This document shows, piece by piece, positions 35,866 to 45,737 of a stretch of DNA of 64,000 nucleotides (the first letter of the stretch is position 1; each line of letters opens with the position of its first letter). A program made the position numbers and the translations under genes. The notes under the pieces are model-generated. The model was not told the origin of the DNA and did not search any database. It saw nothing but the letters and a program-made list of their open reading frames with translations. The stretch lies in contig CAWJEP010000001.1 of the NCBI GenBank assembly GCA_963841935.1, positions 10,487-74,486 of the forward strand, given 5' to 3'. This stretch comes from an uncultured bacterium. Its GTDB lineage: Bacteria; Patescibacteriota; Minisyncoccia; Phycocordibacterales; UBA6065.

Positions 35866-37850
35866 ATGAATTCATACATTATTTTCGCCCTCGGAAGCGC
35901 GGTGCTCGCGATTGTTTACGGACTCGTATTGATAAAAAATATTTTGGCGAAGCCCGCTGGCAACGACAAGATGAAAGAAATCGCCCTCGCCATTCAGCAA
36001 GGCGCCAAAGCGTATCTCGCGAGGCAATACAAAACTATCGCTGGAATCGCCGTCGTTCTCTTTATCGTTTTGTGGCTCGCGCTCGGACTTACGCTCGCTT
36101 TAGGATTCCTTACCGGCGCGATACTTTCCGCTCTTGCCGGATTTATCGGTATGAATGTTTCCGTTCGCGCCAATTCTCGAACGGCTGAAGCCGCGAGAGG
36201 CGGTATTGACGCCGCGCTCAAACTGGCTTTTAACGGCGGCGCGGTCACGGGACTTCTCGTCGTCGGTCTCGCCCTTCTCGGCGTCACTTCTTTCTACGCG
36301 ATTACCGGCGGCGTTGATTCGCTCATCGGGCTCGCCTTCGGAGCGTCGCTTATTTCCGTTTTCGCCCGCCTTGGCGGAGGTATTTTTACAAAAGCAGCCG
36401 ACGTTGGCACCGACCTCGTCGGTAAAGTCGAAGCTGGAATCCCCGAGGATGACCCGAGAAACCCCGGAGTCATCGCCGACAACGTCGGAGACAACGTCGG
36501 AGACTGCGCCGGCATGGCCGCCGACCTTTTTGAAACTTACGCCGTCACGACTATCGCCTCGATGATGCTCGCGTCAGTGATATTTCCGGGAAATCAAAAC
36601 GCCGTCATATATCCTCTCGTCCTCGGCGGTGTGGCGATAATCGCTTCCATCATCGGCACTTGGTTCGTACATATGGGCAAATCAAAAAATATTATGGGTG
36701 CGATGTACAAAGGCCTCGCCGTTGCCGGAGTTCTCGCCGGAATCGCTTTCTACTTCGTGACGAAAGTTTTGATGGCGGCAAACGGACAATTTTCCACTGG
36801 CAATCTTTTTGGTTGCGCCGTCATCGGACTTCTCGTTACCGCGGCACTTGTCGTCATCACCGAATATTACACTTCAACCAAATACGCTCCGGTTAAATCC
36901 ATCGCCAAAGCGTCGGTCTCCGGTCACGGCACGAATATTATTCAAGGTTTGGCCATGTCGATGAAATCAACCGCTTGGCCGCTCATTAGCATCGTCGTCG
37001 GAATTCTCTTCGCTTATCACTTCGGAGGCCTTTACGGCATCGCTATCGCCGCGATGAGTATGCTTTCGATGGCCGGAATCATTATCGCCATTGACGCTTA
37101 CGACCCATCACCGACAACGCCGGTGGCATCGCAGAAATGGCCGACCTTCCGCAAGAAGTCCGCGATGTTACCGACCCGCTTGACGCCGTCGGCAACACGA
37201 CCAAAGCCGTTACCAAAGGTTATGCCATCGGCTCCGCCGGACTCGCGGCTCTCGTTCTCTTCGCTTCTTACACTCAAGCTACTCACGGACTTCATTTCGA
37301 GCTCGGTGACCCGCGTGTCATCGTTGGACTCTTTCTCGGAGGACTTCTTCCTTATTACTTCGCGGCGCTTTCGATGGAAGCCGTCGGCAAAGCAGCGGGA
37401 CAAGTCGTCGAAGAAGTGCGAAGGCAATTCCGTGAAATCAAAGGCATTATGCAAGGCACGGCCAAGCCAGATTACGCTCGTTGCGTCGACATCGTGACTT
37501 CGGCGGCAATCAAAGAAATGATTCTGCCGGCACTCATTCCTGTTCTCGCTCCGATTGTCGTCGGTTTCGTCCTCGGACCGGTTGCTCTCGGCGGACTTCT
37601 CGTCGGCTCGATTGTCACCGGACTTTTCGTTGCCATCTCGATGACTTCCGGCGGCGGCGCTTGGGACAACGCGAAAAAACTTATTGAACAAGGCGAGCAC
37701 GGCGGTAAAGGCAGCGACGCTCACAAAGCGGCAGTCACCGGCGACACCGTCGGCGATCCTTACAAAGACACCGCCGGTCCCGCCATCAATCCGATGATTA
37801 AAATCCTGAACATTGTGGCGCTTCTTATCGTCAGCTTCTTAATCAAATAG
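35866..37850 (+). CDS. hppA: membrane-bound proton-translocating pyrophosphatase (H+-PPase); apparent -1 frameshift near 37101-37104
   Basis: The motifs are [38 protein letters not shown] and then [21 protein letters not shown] in the downstream frame. Frame 1 reads ...[12 protein letters not shown], whereas the expected [22 protein letters not shown] is restored by inserting one G at tacg|accc. Confidence 0.9.
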
Positions 37851-37925
37851 CAAGTCTCGACAAAGTTACTCGGATTTCCTACACTACAAAGTAGTGTTCG
37901 AAATTATTAATAACCAAACAAAAGT

Positions 37926-38132
37926 ATGAATCCTGAACAGCAGAATCAGCCGAAAGAAAAATCTTTTGGCGCGACCATAGGCATCATAGTCATCGTCATC
38001 GTTCTCGTGCTCGGAGCGCTATATTTCTGGGGCGGCCAGTCCGGCAGCCAGACTTCCGCGCCGATGCAGACTACGACCACCACGACAGCAACAACGACGG
38101 CTTCCACGACTACGGCCACGGTTGGACAATAG
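37926..38132 (+). CDS. small single-TM protein with a G-x-YFW motif and Thr-rich tail (hypothetical)
   Basis: IGIIVIVIVLVLGALYFWGGQ is followed by a TTTTTTATTTASTTTAT tail. Confidence 0.4.
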   Translation: MNPEQQNQPKEKSFGATIGIIVIVIVLVLGALYFWGGQSGSQTSAPMQTTTTTTATTTASTTTATVGQ

Positions 38133-38141
38133 GACAAAAAA

Positions 38142-38214
38142 GCCGCTAGTAAGATATTTTTTCGCTTGTGCGCTTCGCTCCGACTTACGCGCTCAAAAAT
38201 ATCTTACTAGCGGC
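38142..38214. repeat. RPE/MITE-like palindromic element, copy 2 (intergenic, doubles as a terminator)
   Basis: gccgctagtaagatatttt | ttcgcttgtgcgcttcgctccgacttacgcgctc | aaaatatcttactagcggc is followed by tttttg. It is flanked by A5 and T5 runs. Confidence 0.8.
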
Positions 38215-38258
38215 TTTTTGTTTGCCTAAACGGAAATCCTAAGATAAAGTGTTTTTCT

Positions 38259-39284
38259 ATGTCACACAATCATTCATACAAAGTCTCGGTAAAAAAGCTT
38301 CCAAAAAGCCAGCTCGAAATCGAGTCTGAAATTCCCGCGGACGAGTTTTCAGCCCATATCAAAGACGCCGTTGACGAAGCGGTGCGCGAAGCGGAAATAA
38401 AAGGCTTTCGCAAAGGCGCCGCGCCGGAGAAACTCGTCCGCGAGAAAATCGGCGATGACGCGCTTCTTCACGAAGCCGCGAGTGCCGCCATCTCTCACGC
38501 CTACGGCCACATCGTCGAAGCGGAAAAAATAGACGCCATCGGCAGACCGCAAGTGACCATCACGAAAATCGCCGAAGGCAATCCTTTGGGATTTAAATTC
38601 GTCACCGCCGTGGTGCCGGAAATAAAAGATTTCGATTACAAAGAAATCGCCAAAAAAGAAAATAAAAAAGAAAAATCCAAATCGGAAGTTACCGAAAAAG
38701 AATTTGCCGAGACACTTGAAAATGTTTTGAAAAATTATCAGCCGAAGCGACAAAATTGGAAAAAGCTCCGGAACTTTCGGACGAGCTCGTGAAAAAATTC
38801 GGCGAATTTTCTTCGGCCGACGATTTCAAAAAGAAACTTCGCGAACAAATGCTTGCGGAAAAAGAACAAAAGGAAGTGGAGAAAAAACGCGTAGCTCTTA
38901 TAGATGCTTTGGTCTCCGGAGTCTCCATAGAAATTCCGGAAATACTTGGTGCAAAGCGAGCTTGACAGGATGCTTTCGGAAATGAAAAACGACGTTTCAC
39001 GGATGGGACTTTCGTGGACTGACTATCTGAAACACTTGAAGAAAACCGAGGATGATATGAAAAAAGATTGGAACGAAGCCGCGAAAAAGAGAGTGATGCT
39101 CGAACTCATCACCGAACACATAGCCAAGACGGAAAAAATTTCCGCCGACGAGAAAAAAGTTTCGGAGGAAGTAAAACACATTCAAGAACACCACAAAGAC
39201 ATAGACGCCGCGCGCGCCCGTTCGTATTTTGAACACATTTTCCAAAACCAAGCGGTCTTCGAATTTCTAGAGGGACAAAAGTAA
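38259..39284 (+). CDS. tig: trigger factor (short form without a PPIase domain); two apparent frameshifts (about 38740-38756 and about 38948)
   Basis: The N-terminal ribosome-binding domain has GFRKGAAPEKLVREKIG. The middle segment ...KAPELSDELVKKFGEF... and the C-terminal ...VQSELDRMLSEMK... lie in three different frames. The joins sit at an A-run and a GG-run. Confidence 0.75.
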
Positions 39285-40052
39285 AGCTGCTGCCGCAACC
39301 GACGCCGTTTCGGCGCGCAGAGTTTGCTCGCCGAGCGACACAGACGGAATTCTGCGCGCCGAAAAATATTCTTTTTCTTCTTTGCTCCATCCGCCTTCGG
39401 GGCCGATGAAAATAGAAATGGCGCGCAAAACATTTTGCGCCGAGGGAACTTCCGCGCGAGAGTTTTTCTCGCTTGTGCGCTTCGCTCCGACTACGCGCTC
39501 CAAAAACTCTCGCGCGGAAGTTCCCGAGTGGCCTCCAGAAAAATGTTTTGCGCTTCCTTCTAGAACCACAGGATTTTCTGCCTGCTCTAGCGCTAGTTCC
39601 AATTTTTCTGGCTCAAAAATTTCCGGCACTCTTCCCCACCCCGATTGCTCCGCGGCTTCTTTTACTATTTTTTCCTCGCGTTTCAAATCAAAACCGAGTT
39701 TCTCACTTCGCTCCGCGACGATTGGATGAAAACTTGCCGCGCCGAGCTCGGTGGCTTTTTGCAAAACCCATTCAAGTTTGTCTTTTTTTATAAGCGCCGG
39801 ATAGATGTGCAAAGCGACGCTCGGCGCGGCGATCGACGGCGAGCTTTCTTCCACGTGAAAGACGGCGCCGTCCTTCCTAAGAGACGCGAGTGTGGAAACA
39901 TATTCAAATCCGTCCCCGTCGAAAAGTATCACCCGCTCCCCCGCTCCCATCCTGAAAACTTTTCCGAGCTGGTGCGACAGGGCCGGATCGGCGACGACGA
40001 GGTCGGCGCCGACTTTGGCTTTGTTTCTGACGAAAAATCTTTGCAGTTTCAT
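39267..40052 (-). CDS. rsmE: 16S rRNA (uracil1498-N3)-methyltransferase RsmE
   Basis: The N-terminal PUA-like domain plus a SPOUT domain with IGPEGGWS. An in-frame palindromic element lies just upstream of the GPEGG motif. Confidence 0.75.
   Translation of the reverse strand: MKLQRFFVRNKAKVGADLVVADPALSHQLGKVFRMGAGERVILFDGDGFEYVSTLASLRKDGAVFHVEESSPSIAAPSVALHIYPALIKKDKLEWVLQKATELGAASFHPIVAERSEKLGFDLKREEKIVKEAAEQSGWGRVPEIFEPEKLELALEQAENPVVLEGSAKHFSGGHSGTSAREFLERVVGAKRTSEKNSRAEVPSAQNVLRAISIFIGPEGGWSKEEKEYFSARRIPSVSLGEQTLRAETASVAAAALLLSL
39444..39525. repeat. RPE/MITE-like palindromic element, copy 3 (24-bp perfect arms), in frame inside rsmE
   Basis: gggaacttccgcgcgagagttttt | ctcgcttgtgcgcttcgctccgac-tacgcgctcc | aaaaactctcgcgcggaagttccc. 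It encodes ...[32 protein letters not shown]..., lengthening the loop before IGPEGG by about 25 aa. Confidence 0.8.
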
Positions 40053-40075
40053 ATGGAGTATTATATAGTCTTTTT

Positions 40076-40660
40076 ATGTCAATCTTAATTCCCACGGTTA
40101 TAGAGAAAACAAATATGGGCGAACGCGCCTACGATATTTACTCGCGCCTCCTCAAGGACAACATTATTTTCTTGGGCGGCCCTATCGACGACAATACGGC
40201 GAACATCGTCATCGCCCAGCTTCTTTTCCTCCAATCGGAAAATCCGAAAAAAGATATTTCTCTTTATGTAAACTCCCCCGGCGGCTCCGTCACCTCGACT
40301 TTGGCCATCATCGACACGATGAATCACATAGGAAACGATGTTTCGACCGTCTGCGTCGGCATTGCCGCTTCTGGCGCCGCGATGATTTTATCCGCCGGCA
40401 AAAAAGGCAAACGTTACGCACTCCCCAACGCCGAAGTCATGATCCACCAGCCGCTCGGCGGCGTCGAAGGCCAAGCCACCGACATCGCCATCACCGCCAA
40501 ACATATTTTGAAAACAAAGGACCGCTTGAACAAGATGCTCGCCGAAAATTGCGGCAAACCTCTAGCCGAAATCGAGCGCGACGTGGAAAGAGACTTCTTT
40601 ATGTCTTCCGACGAGGCCAAAAAATACGGCATCATTGACAAAATCCTTGGACAGAAATAG
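40076..40660 (+). CDS. clpP: ATP-dependent Clp protease proteolytic subunit
   Basis: The motifs are [21 protein letters not shown] and MIHQPLGG, giving a Ser-His-Asp triad. Confidence 0.95.
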   Translation: MSILIPTVIEKTNMGERAYDIYSRLLKDNIIFLGGPIDDNTANIVIAQLLFLQSENPKKDISLYVNSPGGSVTSTLAIIDTMNHIGNDVSTVCVGIAASGAAMILSAGKKGKRYALPNAEVMIHQPLGGVEGQATDIAITAKHILKTKDRLNKMLAENCGKPLAEIERDVERDFFMSSDEAKKYGIIDKILGQK

Positions 40661-40797
40661 AATACGGCTGTTACTCAATTTAATTTTTCGATTTCACTTT
40701 TACTTTATAGCTTTCAAATTCAATGAGCGTATAAATTCCAAAATTCTGTTCGTATACTGAAGCAAAAAGCACGGTAGGGGCGAAATCGCCTTAACAA

Positions 40798-42327
40798 ATG
40801 TCATTAAAAGAAGTCAGTTTGATTGCGAGCGCCGCGGGCGTCCTCGGCATCGCGATTGGTTATTACTTGCGCTTCATTATCGCCCTTGGAAAGAAGCGCT
40901 CCATAGAGCTTGAACTAAAAGAAGCCAAAATCACCGCCGAAGGCGCGGCTAAAAAGATTATTCTCGAGGCCGAACATAAAGCGGCGGATATGATTTCGGA
41001 GTCCCGCCGCGAAACCAAAGAAAAAGAAGAGAAAATTCAGGCGACCGAAGAGCGCCTCATCAAGCGCGAGGACGGTTTGGACAAACGCCAGACGGACATC
41101 GATGCCGAGGCTGAGAATCTGAAGACCAAAGCGGTGAAACTCACCGAAATGGAAGAGAAAACGGCGATTCTTCTGACAGAACGCGCCGCCGCTTTGGAAA
41201 AAACAGCGCGGATGAGCGAAAGTGAAGCAAAAGAAGAATTAGTCAAAGCCACCGAGCGCAAATACGAGGAGGATTTGGCGGTCAGGTTCGCCAAACTCGA
41301 ACAGGGCGGCAAAGAAAAATTCGAAAATCGGGCCAAAGACATCTTGGCGACGGCCATTCAACGCCTCGCATCTTCCGTTGCCTCCGATATTTTTTCTAGT
41401 GCCGTCTCCATTCCGTCCGACGAAGTAAAAGGCAAGATTATCGGCAAAGAAGGCCGAAATATCAAGGCTTTTGAGCGCATGACCGGCGTCGAAGTCATCG
41501 TCGACGACACACCTGGCGCTATCACCATCTCCTCTTTCGATCCTATCCGCCGCGCCGTTGCCAAAGTGGCGCTTGAGAAACTCATTGTCGACGGCAGAAT
41601 TCAGCCGGCGAAAATAGAAAAACTCGTCGAAGAATCAAAAGAAGAAATAAATAAAATCATCAAAGAAAAAGGCGAGCAAGCGACATTTGAAACAGGTGTC
41701 CTCAATCTCGACCCGCGCGTCATTTCTATTCTCGGCCGTCTTTATTTCCGCACGAGCTACGGTCAAAATGTTCTCCAGCACTCGATTGAGATGACTCACA
41801 TCGCCGGAATGATTGCCGAGGAGCTCGGAGCCAATGTTTCCATCGCCAAAGCCGGCGCCCTGGTCCACGACATCGGAAAAGCTCTCGACCACGAAGTTCA
41901 AGGCACGCACGTCGAGATCGGCCGCCGAATTTTGCAAAAATTCGGCACAGATGAGGCTGTTATAAAGGCAATGCAATCCCATCACGAGGAATATCCTTTC
42001 GAAACGCCGGAATCTATTATCGTTCAGGTGGCAGACATCATATCCGGCAGCCGCCCCGGCGCTCGCCGCGACTCGGTCGAGAACTACATCAAGCGTCTAA
42101 GCGACCTCGAGGCCATCGCCACCGGATTTAAGGGTGTCGAGAAGGCTTACGCCCTCCAAGCCGGCCGTGAAATCCGCATATTCGTGAAGCCGGACGAGAT
42201 TACCGACATCGAAGCCAAAGATATGGCTAGAAATATCGCCCTCAAAATAGAACAAGACCTGAAATATCCGGGAGAAATCAAAGTTCACATCATCAGAGAG
42301 TCGAGAATTGTCGAGTTTGCGCGATAA
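40798..42327 (+). CDS. rny: ribonuclease Y
   Basis: An N-terminal TM helix and coiled-coil, then a KH domain (GKIIGKEGRNIKAFE) and an HD domain (HSIEMTHIAG...HDIGKA). Confidence 0.9.
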   Translation: MSLKEVSLIASAAGVLGIAIGYYLRFIIALGKKRSIELELKEAKITAEGAAKKIILEAEHKAADMISESRRETKEKEEKIQATEERLIKREDGLDKRQTDIDAEAENLKTKAVKLTEMEEKTAILLTERAAALEKTARMSESEAKEELVKATERKYEEDLAVRFAKLEQGGKEKFENRAKDILATAIQRLASSVASDIFSSAVSIPSDEVKGKIIGKEGRNIKAFERMTGVEVIVDDTPGAITISSFDPIRRAVAKVALEKLIVDGRIQPAKIEKLVEESKEEINKIIKEKGEQATFETGVLNLDPRVISILGRLYFRTSYGQNVLQHSIEMTHIAGMIAEELGANVSIAKAGALVHDIGKALDHEVQGTHVEIGRRILQKFGTDEAVIKAMQSHHEEYPFETPESIIVQVADIISGSRPGARRDSVENYIKRLSDLEAIATGFKGVEKAYALQAGREIRIFVKPDEITDIEAKDMARNIALKIEQDLKYPGEIKVHIIRESRIVEFAR

Positions 42328-42392
42328 AATGGCTAGGTATATACTTATCCGCAGTCACTGGTTATTAGTTATTAGTTAATTTTCAATTATTT

Positions 42393-42665
42393 ATGAACAA
42401 AGCAGCTATCGTTGATGCCGTTCACGGCGTCCTCAATACGACCAAAGTTCAGGCGGAGCAGGTCGTAGACAAGGTTTTCGATTCAATCGTCGCCGAGCTC
42501 AAGAAAGGTGGCGAAGTATCGGTTGCCGGCCTCGGTATTTTCTCTGTTAAGACCCGCAAGGCCAGAATGGCACGCAATCCCCGCACGGGAGAAGCCATTT
42601 CCGTTCCGGCTATGAAAGTTCCGAAGTTCCGCGCCGCAAAGGCCCTCAAAGACGCGGTTAAATAG
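42393..42665 (+). CDS. hup: DNA-binding protein HU
   Basis: The 90-aa product reads ...GLGIFSVKTRKARMARNPRTGEAISVPAMKVPKFRAAKALKDAV. Confidence 0.9.
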   Translation: MNKAAIVDAVHGVLNTTKVQAEQVVDKVFDSIVAELKKGGEVSVAGLGIFSVKTRKARMARNPRTGEAISVPAMKVPKFRAAKALKDAVK

Positions 42666-42674
42666 AACAAATAA

Positions 42675-42747
42675 GCCGCAGATAAGGTATTTTCGAGAGC
42701 GTAAGTCGGAGCGAAGCGCACAAACGAGAAAATATCTTATCTGCGGC
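42675..42747. repeat. RPE/MITE-like palindromic element, copy 4 (reverse orientation; terminator for hup)
   Basis: gccgcagataaggtatttt | cgagagcgtaagtcggagcgaagcgcacaaacgag | aaaatatcttatctgcggc is followed by ttttt. The core is the reverse complement of TTGTGCGCTTCGCTCCGACTTACGC. Confidence 0.8.
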
Positions 42748-42768
42748 TTTTTGTTACAATAATTGCCT

Positions 42769-43443
42769 ATGACCGACTGCCACACATTGGTAATGAGCGA
42801 TCTGCATCTCGGCTCGCGCGTCTGCCGCAGAGACAAAATCCTCGGCGTTCTAAAAAATAGCCGCCTCCACACCCTCGTTATAAACGGCGACCTCTTCGAC
42901 AGCAACGACATAGAGAAATTGACCGACAAAGACTGGGAAATCCTCGAAACCCTGCGCAAAATAGCTCAAAAAAACACCGTCCTCCTCGTTGGCGGCAATC
43001 ACGGCAGAAAGCTCGACTTATTCGCGGAGGATTTCGGCGTGAAAATAGTGGATGAATACGCTTTCACGCTCGGCAAAAACAGATTTCTCTGTCTTCACGG
43101 CGACGAATTCGACCTTTTCGTCAAACACTTCCCTATGACTAGCAATATGTTCGGCAAATTATATTATTTGATACAAAAATTGAGCCGGAAAAAGCAAAAA
43201 GGTCCCGTGATGGTGAAAATGATTATGAAGAAAGTCTTGCGCGTGCCGCGCAGACAGGAGCGCCTGGCGCTCAAGCGAGGAGCAAGCGACGGCGCGGATG
43301 TTGTCATCTGCTCGCATACGCATATTCCTCATATGGAAACCAAAAACGGCATTCTCTTCATCAACTCCGGCTCTTTCTGCGACAATCCGAGCAACTATGT
43401 GGCAATTAGTCCGACTGGTGAGACGGAACTTGTGGGGGTTTAA
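42769..43443 (+). CDS. calcineurin-like metallophosphoesterase (LpxH/YfcE-like)
   Basis: The motifs are SDLHLG, NGDLFD, GGNHG, LHGDE and SHTHIPH. Confidence 0.8.
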   Translation: MTDCHTLVMSDLHLGSRVCRRDKILGVLKNSRLHTLVINGDLFDSNDIEKLTDKDWEILETLRKIAQKNTVLLVGGNHGRKLDLFAEDFGVKIVDEYAFTLGKNRFLCLHGDEFDLFVKHFPMTSNMFGKLYYLIQKLSRKKQKGPVMVKMIMKKVLRVPRRQERLALKRGASDGADVVICSHTHIPHMETKNGILFINSGSFCDNPSNYVAISPTGETELVGV

Positions 43444-43446
43444 AAT

Positions 43447-43815
43447 CTACTTAATTTTCTTCTTTTGTGCGCTTGGTATGTGTTTATCAAGTGGCTCGTG
43501 AATTTCACGCACTATCTCGCTGGTATTATTATCTTTCACAACCTCATCGTATCGGTTGTTTTCTTTATCTATAACACGATCTACCGTTACTCCATCCGGG
43601 TGTTTAATTAAATCCCCACTAATTTTCCAACCTGTATAAACTCTTTTCAAAAAATCTTTAATGCCAGGACGTTTATGCGTCATACTAATTGAATGTAACC
43701 TAGTCTTATAGACTCCTACTGAAACATTCATTACAAAACGATTACCCGTGTCTTTTTTACAAGATTCACAGTATGAGTTTTCTTTTTCTTTGTTACACAC
43801 AGAACAATATCTCAT
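43447..43815 (-). CDS. hypothetical protein with N-terminal zinc-ribbon (AT-rich island)
   Basis: CSVCNKEKENSYCESC. It is markedly AT-rich relative to its flanks. Confidence 0.4.
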   Translation of the reverse strand: MRYCSVCNKEKENSYCESCKKDTGNRFVMNVSVGVYKTRLHSISMTHKRPGIKDFLKRVYTGWKISGDLIKHPDGVTVDRVIDKENNRYDEVVKDNNTSEIVREIHEPLDKHIPSAQKKKIK

Positions 43816-43827
43816 AATATCTTGCTG

Positions 43828-44295
43828 TTATTCTAGACCTGTCTGATTACAAATTTCTTTCTTTAATTTATAAACTGTCTCTAGCATCAAATCTGTATCG
43901 AACCGATCCATTTGTACAGCAGTCTCACCAAAACGAGTATCAAGAGTGTTTTCATACTCCCTGATAAGCTCAAACAGTCTTTTATTCTGTGCTATTTCGG
44001 CAAATACCGAAATCTTGTTTTCATAGAATGAAATTATCTTAGTGACACTATGACCTAATCCTTCTTTTTTTGCGTCAAATTTTAAATTTTTATGTGCAGC
44101 AAGAGATTTTGTAAAAAGTTCCATGGAAAAATACAAGGCGTGTGGATAGACCCAAAAAGAAATAAGTCTCGACCCTTTCTTTTCTCTTTCATCTTTCAAA
44201 ATTAAAAAAGTTTGAAGCCATTCTGTACCGACATGAAAAAACATCGACCACTTTGGTGGAAAAGTATCGTTAAATTTCGGAAATTTTGTTGGCAT
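43828..44295 (-). CDS. hypothetical protein (AT-rich island)
   Basis: The 155-aa product has no family. Confidence 0.4.
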   Translation of the reverse strand: MPTKFPKFNDTFPPKWSMFFHVGTEWLQTFLILKDEREKKGSRLISFWVYPHALYFSMELFTKSLAAHKNLKFDAKKEGLGHSVTKIISFYENKISVFAEIAQNKRLFELIREYENTLDTRFGETAVQMDRFDTDLMLETVYKLKKEICNQTGLE

Positions 44296-44298
44296 ATC

Positions 44299-44631
44299 TT
44301 ATGATAAAACCAAAACTACTATTAGTCCGAAAATAAAAACTCCGATGGCTGTCCATATTCCCCAGTACAAGGCTATAAGACTGAGTATGATAACGATTAC
44401 CCATTTACCTATTTTCAAGAAACTTCTCTTCTTATATTCTGTAACTAATTTTTTTATATTTTGTTCCGCTTCTCGTTCAATTTTATCCGTAACTTCAATC
44501 TGATTTTTTACGTAATCTTCAGTCTCACCTTCGCGACCCTGTTTCTTCAACATCTCAACTGTCCCTTTCATTAGATTATAACCAGCACGCGCCATATCAT
44601 TTTTATAATTGCGTTCAGGTATATTATTCAT
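44299..44631 (-). CDS. hypothetical membrane protein (AT-rich island)
   Basis: A charged N-terminal half and two C-terminal TM helices. Confidence 0.4.
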   Translation of the reverse strand: MNNIPERNYKNDMARAGYNLMKGTVEMLKKQGREGETEDYVKNQIEVTDKIEREAEQNIKKLVTEYKKRSFLKIGKWVIVIILSLIALYWGIWTAIGVFIFGLIVVLVLS

Positions 44632-44654
44632 AATTTCTATTATTGAACTAAAAC

Positions 44655-45230
44655 CTATTTCTTCCCATGCTCAAACAAATCCCCTGGTTGCCATGGAGTG
44701 CCGCACGCGGGGAGAAGCCAATAATCGACGCCGAGGTAGCCAGCGACGCGCCAGGCGAGGATGAGACCGATAGCCAGAGTGAAAAGTATCGGATTGACGC
44801 TTACCGTACCGGCGAGGAGATAGTTGAGATTCATAAAGAGTCCGAAGAATGCCGCGATGCCGGTAAAAGCGCCGATGATGAGAGCGATGCCGACGAGGAG
44901 TTCGCCGTAGGAGACGACGTACGACCAGACGACCGGATGCGTCAGTATTGTTGATTTGAGAAAAAGTGCATACCAACTCTGTACGTCGGGATGATCCCCT
45001 GCCGCTTTGCCGAGTGCACCGTTTACAAATCCCGTGAGCGCCGTGCCTGCCGCACTTCCCGTCCACGCGACGCTTGTGACTTTTTCCCACGCCGCAGTCA
45101 CCCACTGATAGCCGACATAGAGCCTGACGACAAGCCAGAACCAAGAAAGTTTCGTGTTCGCAAAAAGTGCCATTACCGCCGGAGCTTCATTATATGTTCT
45201 GTGTTTCATATCGAAATTATACACCTGCAT
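44655..45230 (-). CDS. DoxX-like integral membrane protein (tentative)
   Basis: Four TM helices; WFWLVVRLYVGYQW resembles the DoxX N-terminal helix. Confidence 0.35.
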   Translation of the reverse strand: MQVYNFDMKHRTYNEAPAVMALFANTKLSWFWLVVRLYVGYQWVTAAWEKVTSVAWTGSAAGTALTGFVNGALGKAAGDHPDVQSWYALFLKSTILTHPVVWSYVVSYGELLVGIALIIGAFTGIAAFFGLFMNLNYLLAGTVSVNPILFTLAIGLILAWRVAGYLGVDYWLLPACGTPWQPGDLFEHGKK

Positions 45231-45442
45231 ATCTTTCGAGCGAATAATTTATAAAGGAGTACACTTACCATATGATAAAAGGAAATTTCATCGGCGCGGC
45301 AATCGTCGCGATAATTTATACGGTCTATATTTTGTGGAATCCCCTTCCGTCAAAATCGCAAATGGTAATAACTTTGGTGGTTCTCAACGCCCTGACCATC
45401 GTCCTGATGGCTTTCGCTTTCAGACCGTAACCTATCAAAATG

Positions 45443-45460
45443 ATGCGGGATGGGAGAATC
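45443..45460. repeat. 18-bp direct repeat of the tRNA-Gly(TCC) 3' end (att-like scar)
   Basis: tgcgggatgggagaatcg is identical to 45600-45617. Confidence 0.6.
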
Positions 45461-45599
45461 GGTCGTTACACGACCAGTATCCCAATTGGATTTTTTATTC
45501 GTGAACATTCTAAAAAATCTCAATCGGGCTTCGATATCTCCCACGGAAGCATAATATGCTTCCTATCCTCGCAAAATATATTCGCTGCGCTCGTTATTT

Positions 45600-45670
45600 T
45601 GCGGGATGGGAGAATCGAACTCCCGACCACAGTTTGGAAAACTGTTGTTATACCATTTAACTAATCCCGC
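45600..45670 (-). tRNA. tRNA-Gly (anticodon UCC)
   Basis: The minus-strand sequence is GCGGGATTAGTTAAATGGTATAACAACAGTTTTCCAAACTGTGGTCGGGAGTTCGATTCTCCCATCCCGCA. It has a 7-bp acceptor stem, a GGGAG/CTCCC T-stem and a TTCGATT T-loop. No encoded CCA. Confidence 0.85.
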
Positions 45671-45737
45671 CTACGCTATCGCTTCGGCGGGCAGGCCCGC
45701 TTGAGCAAAAACACTTTACCACAAGACATCAAAAATC

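Noticed and set aside
17057-42747. Possibility that the four core-sharing elements represent a CRISPR array
   Set aside because: They are dispersed over 25 kb, are palindromic, and have no regular spacing and no cas genes. That is consistent with MITE/RPE-like elements instead.
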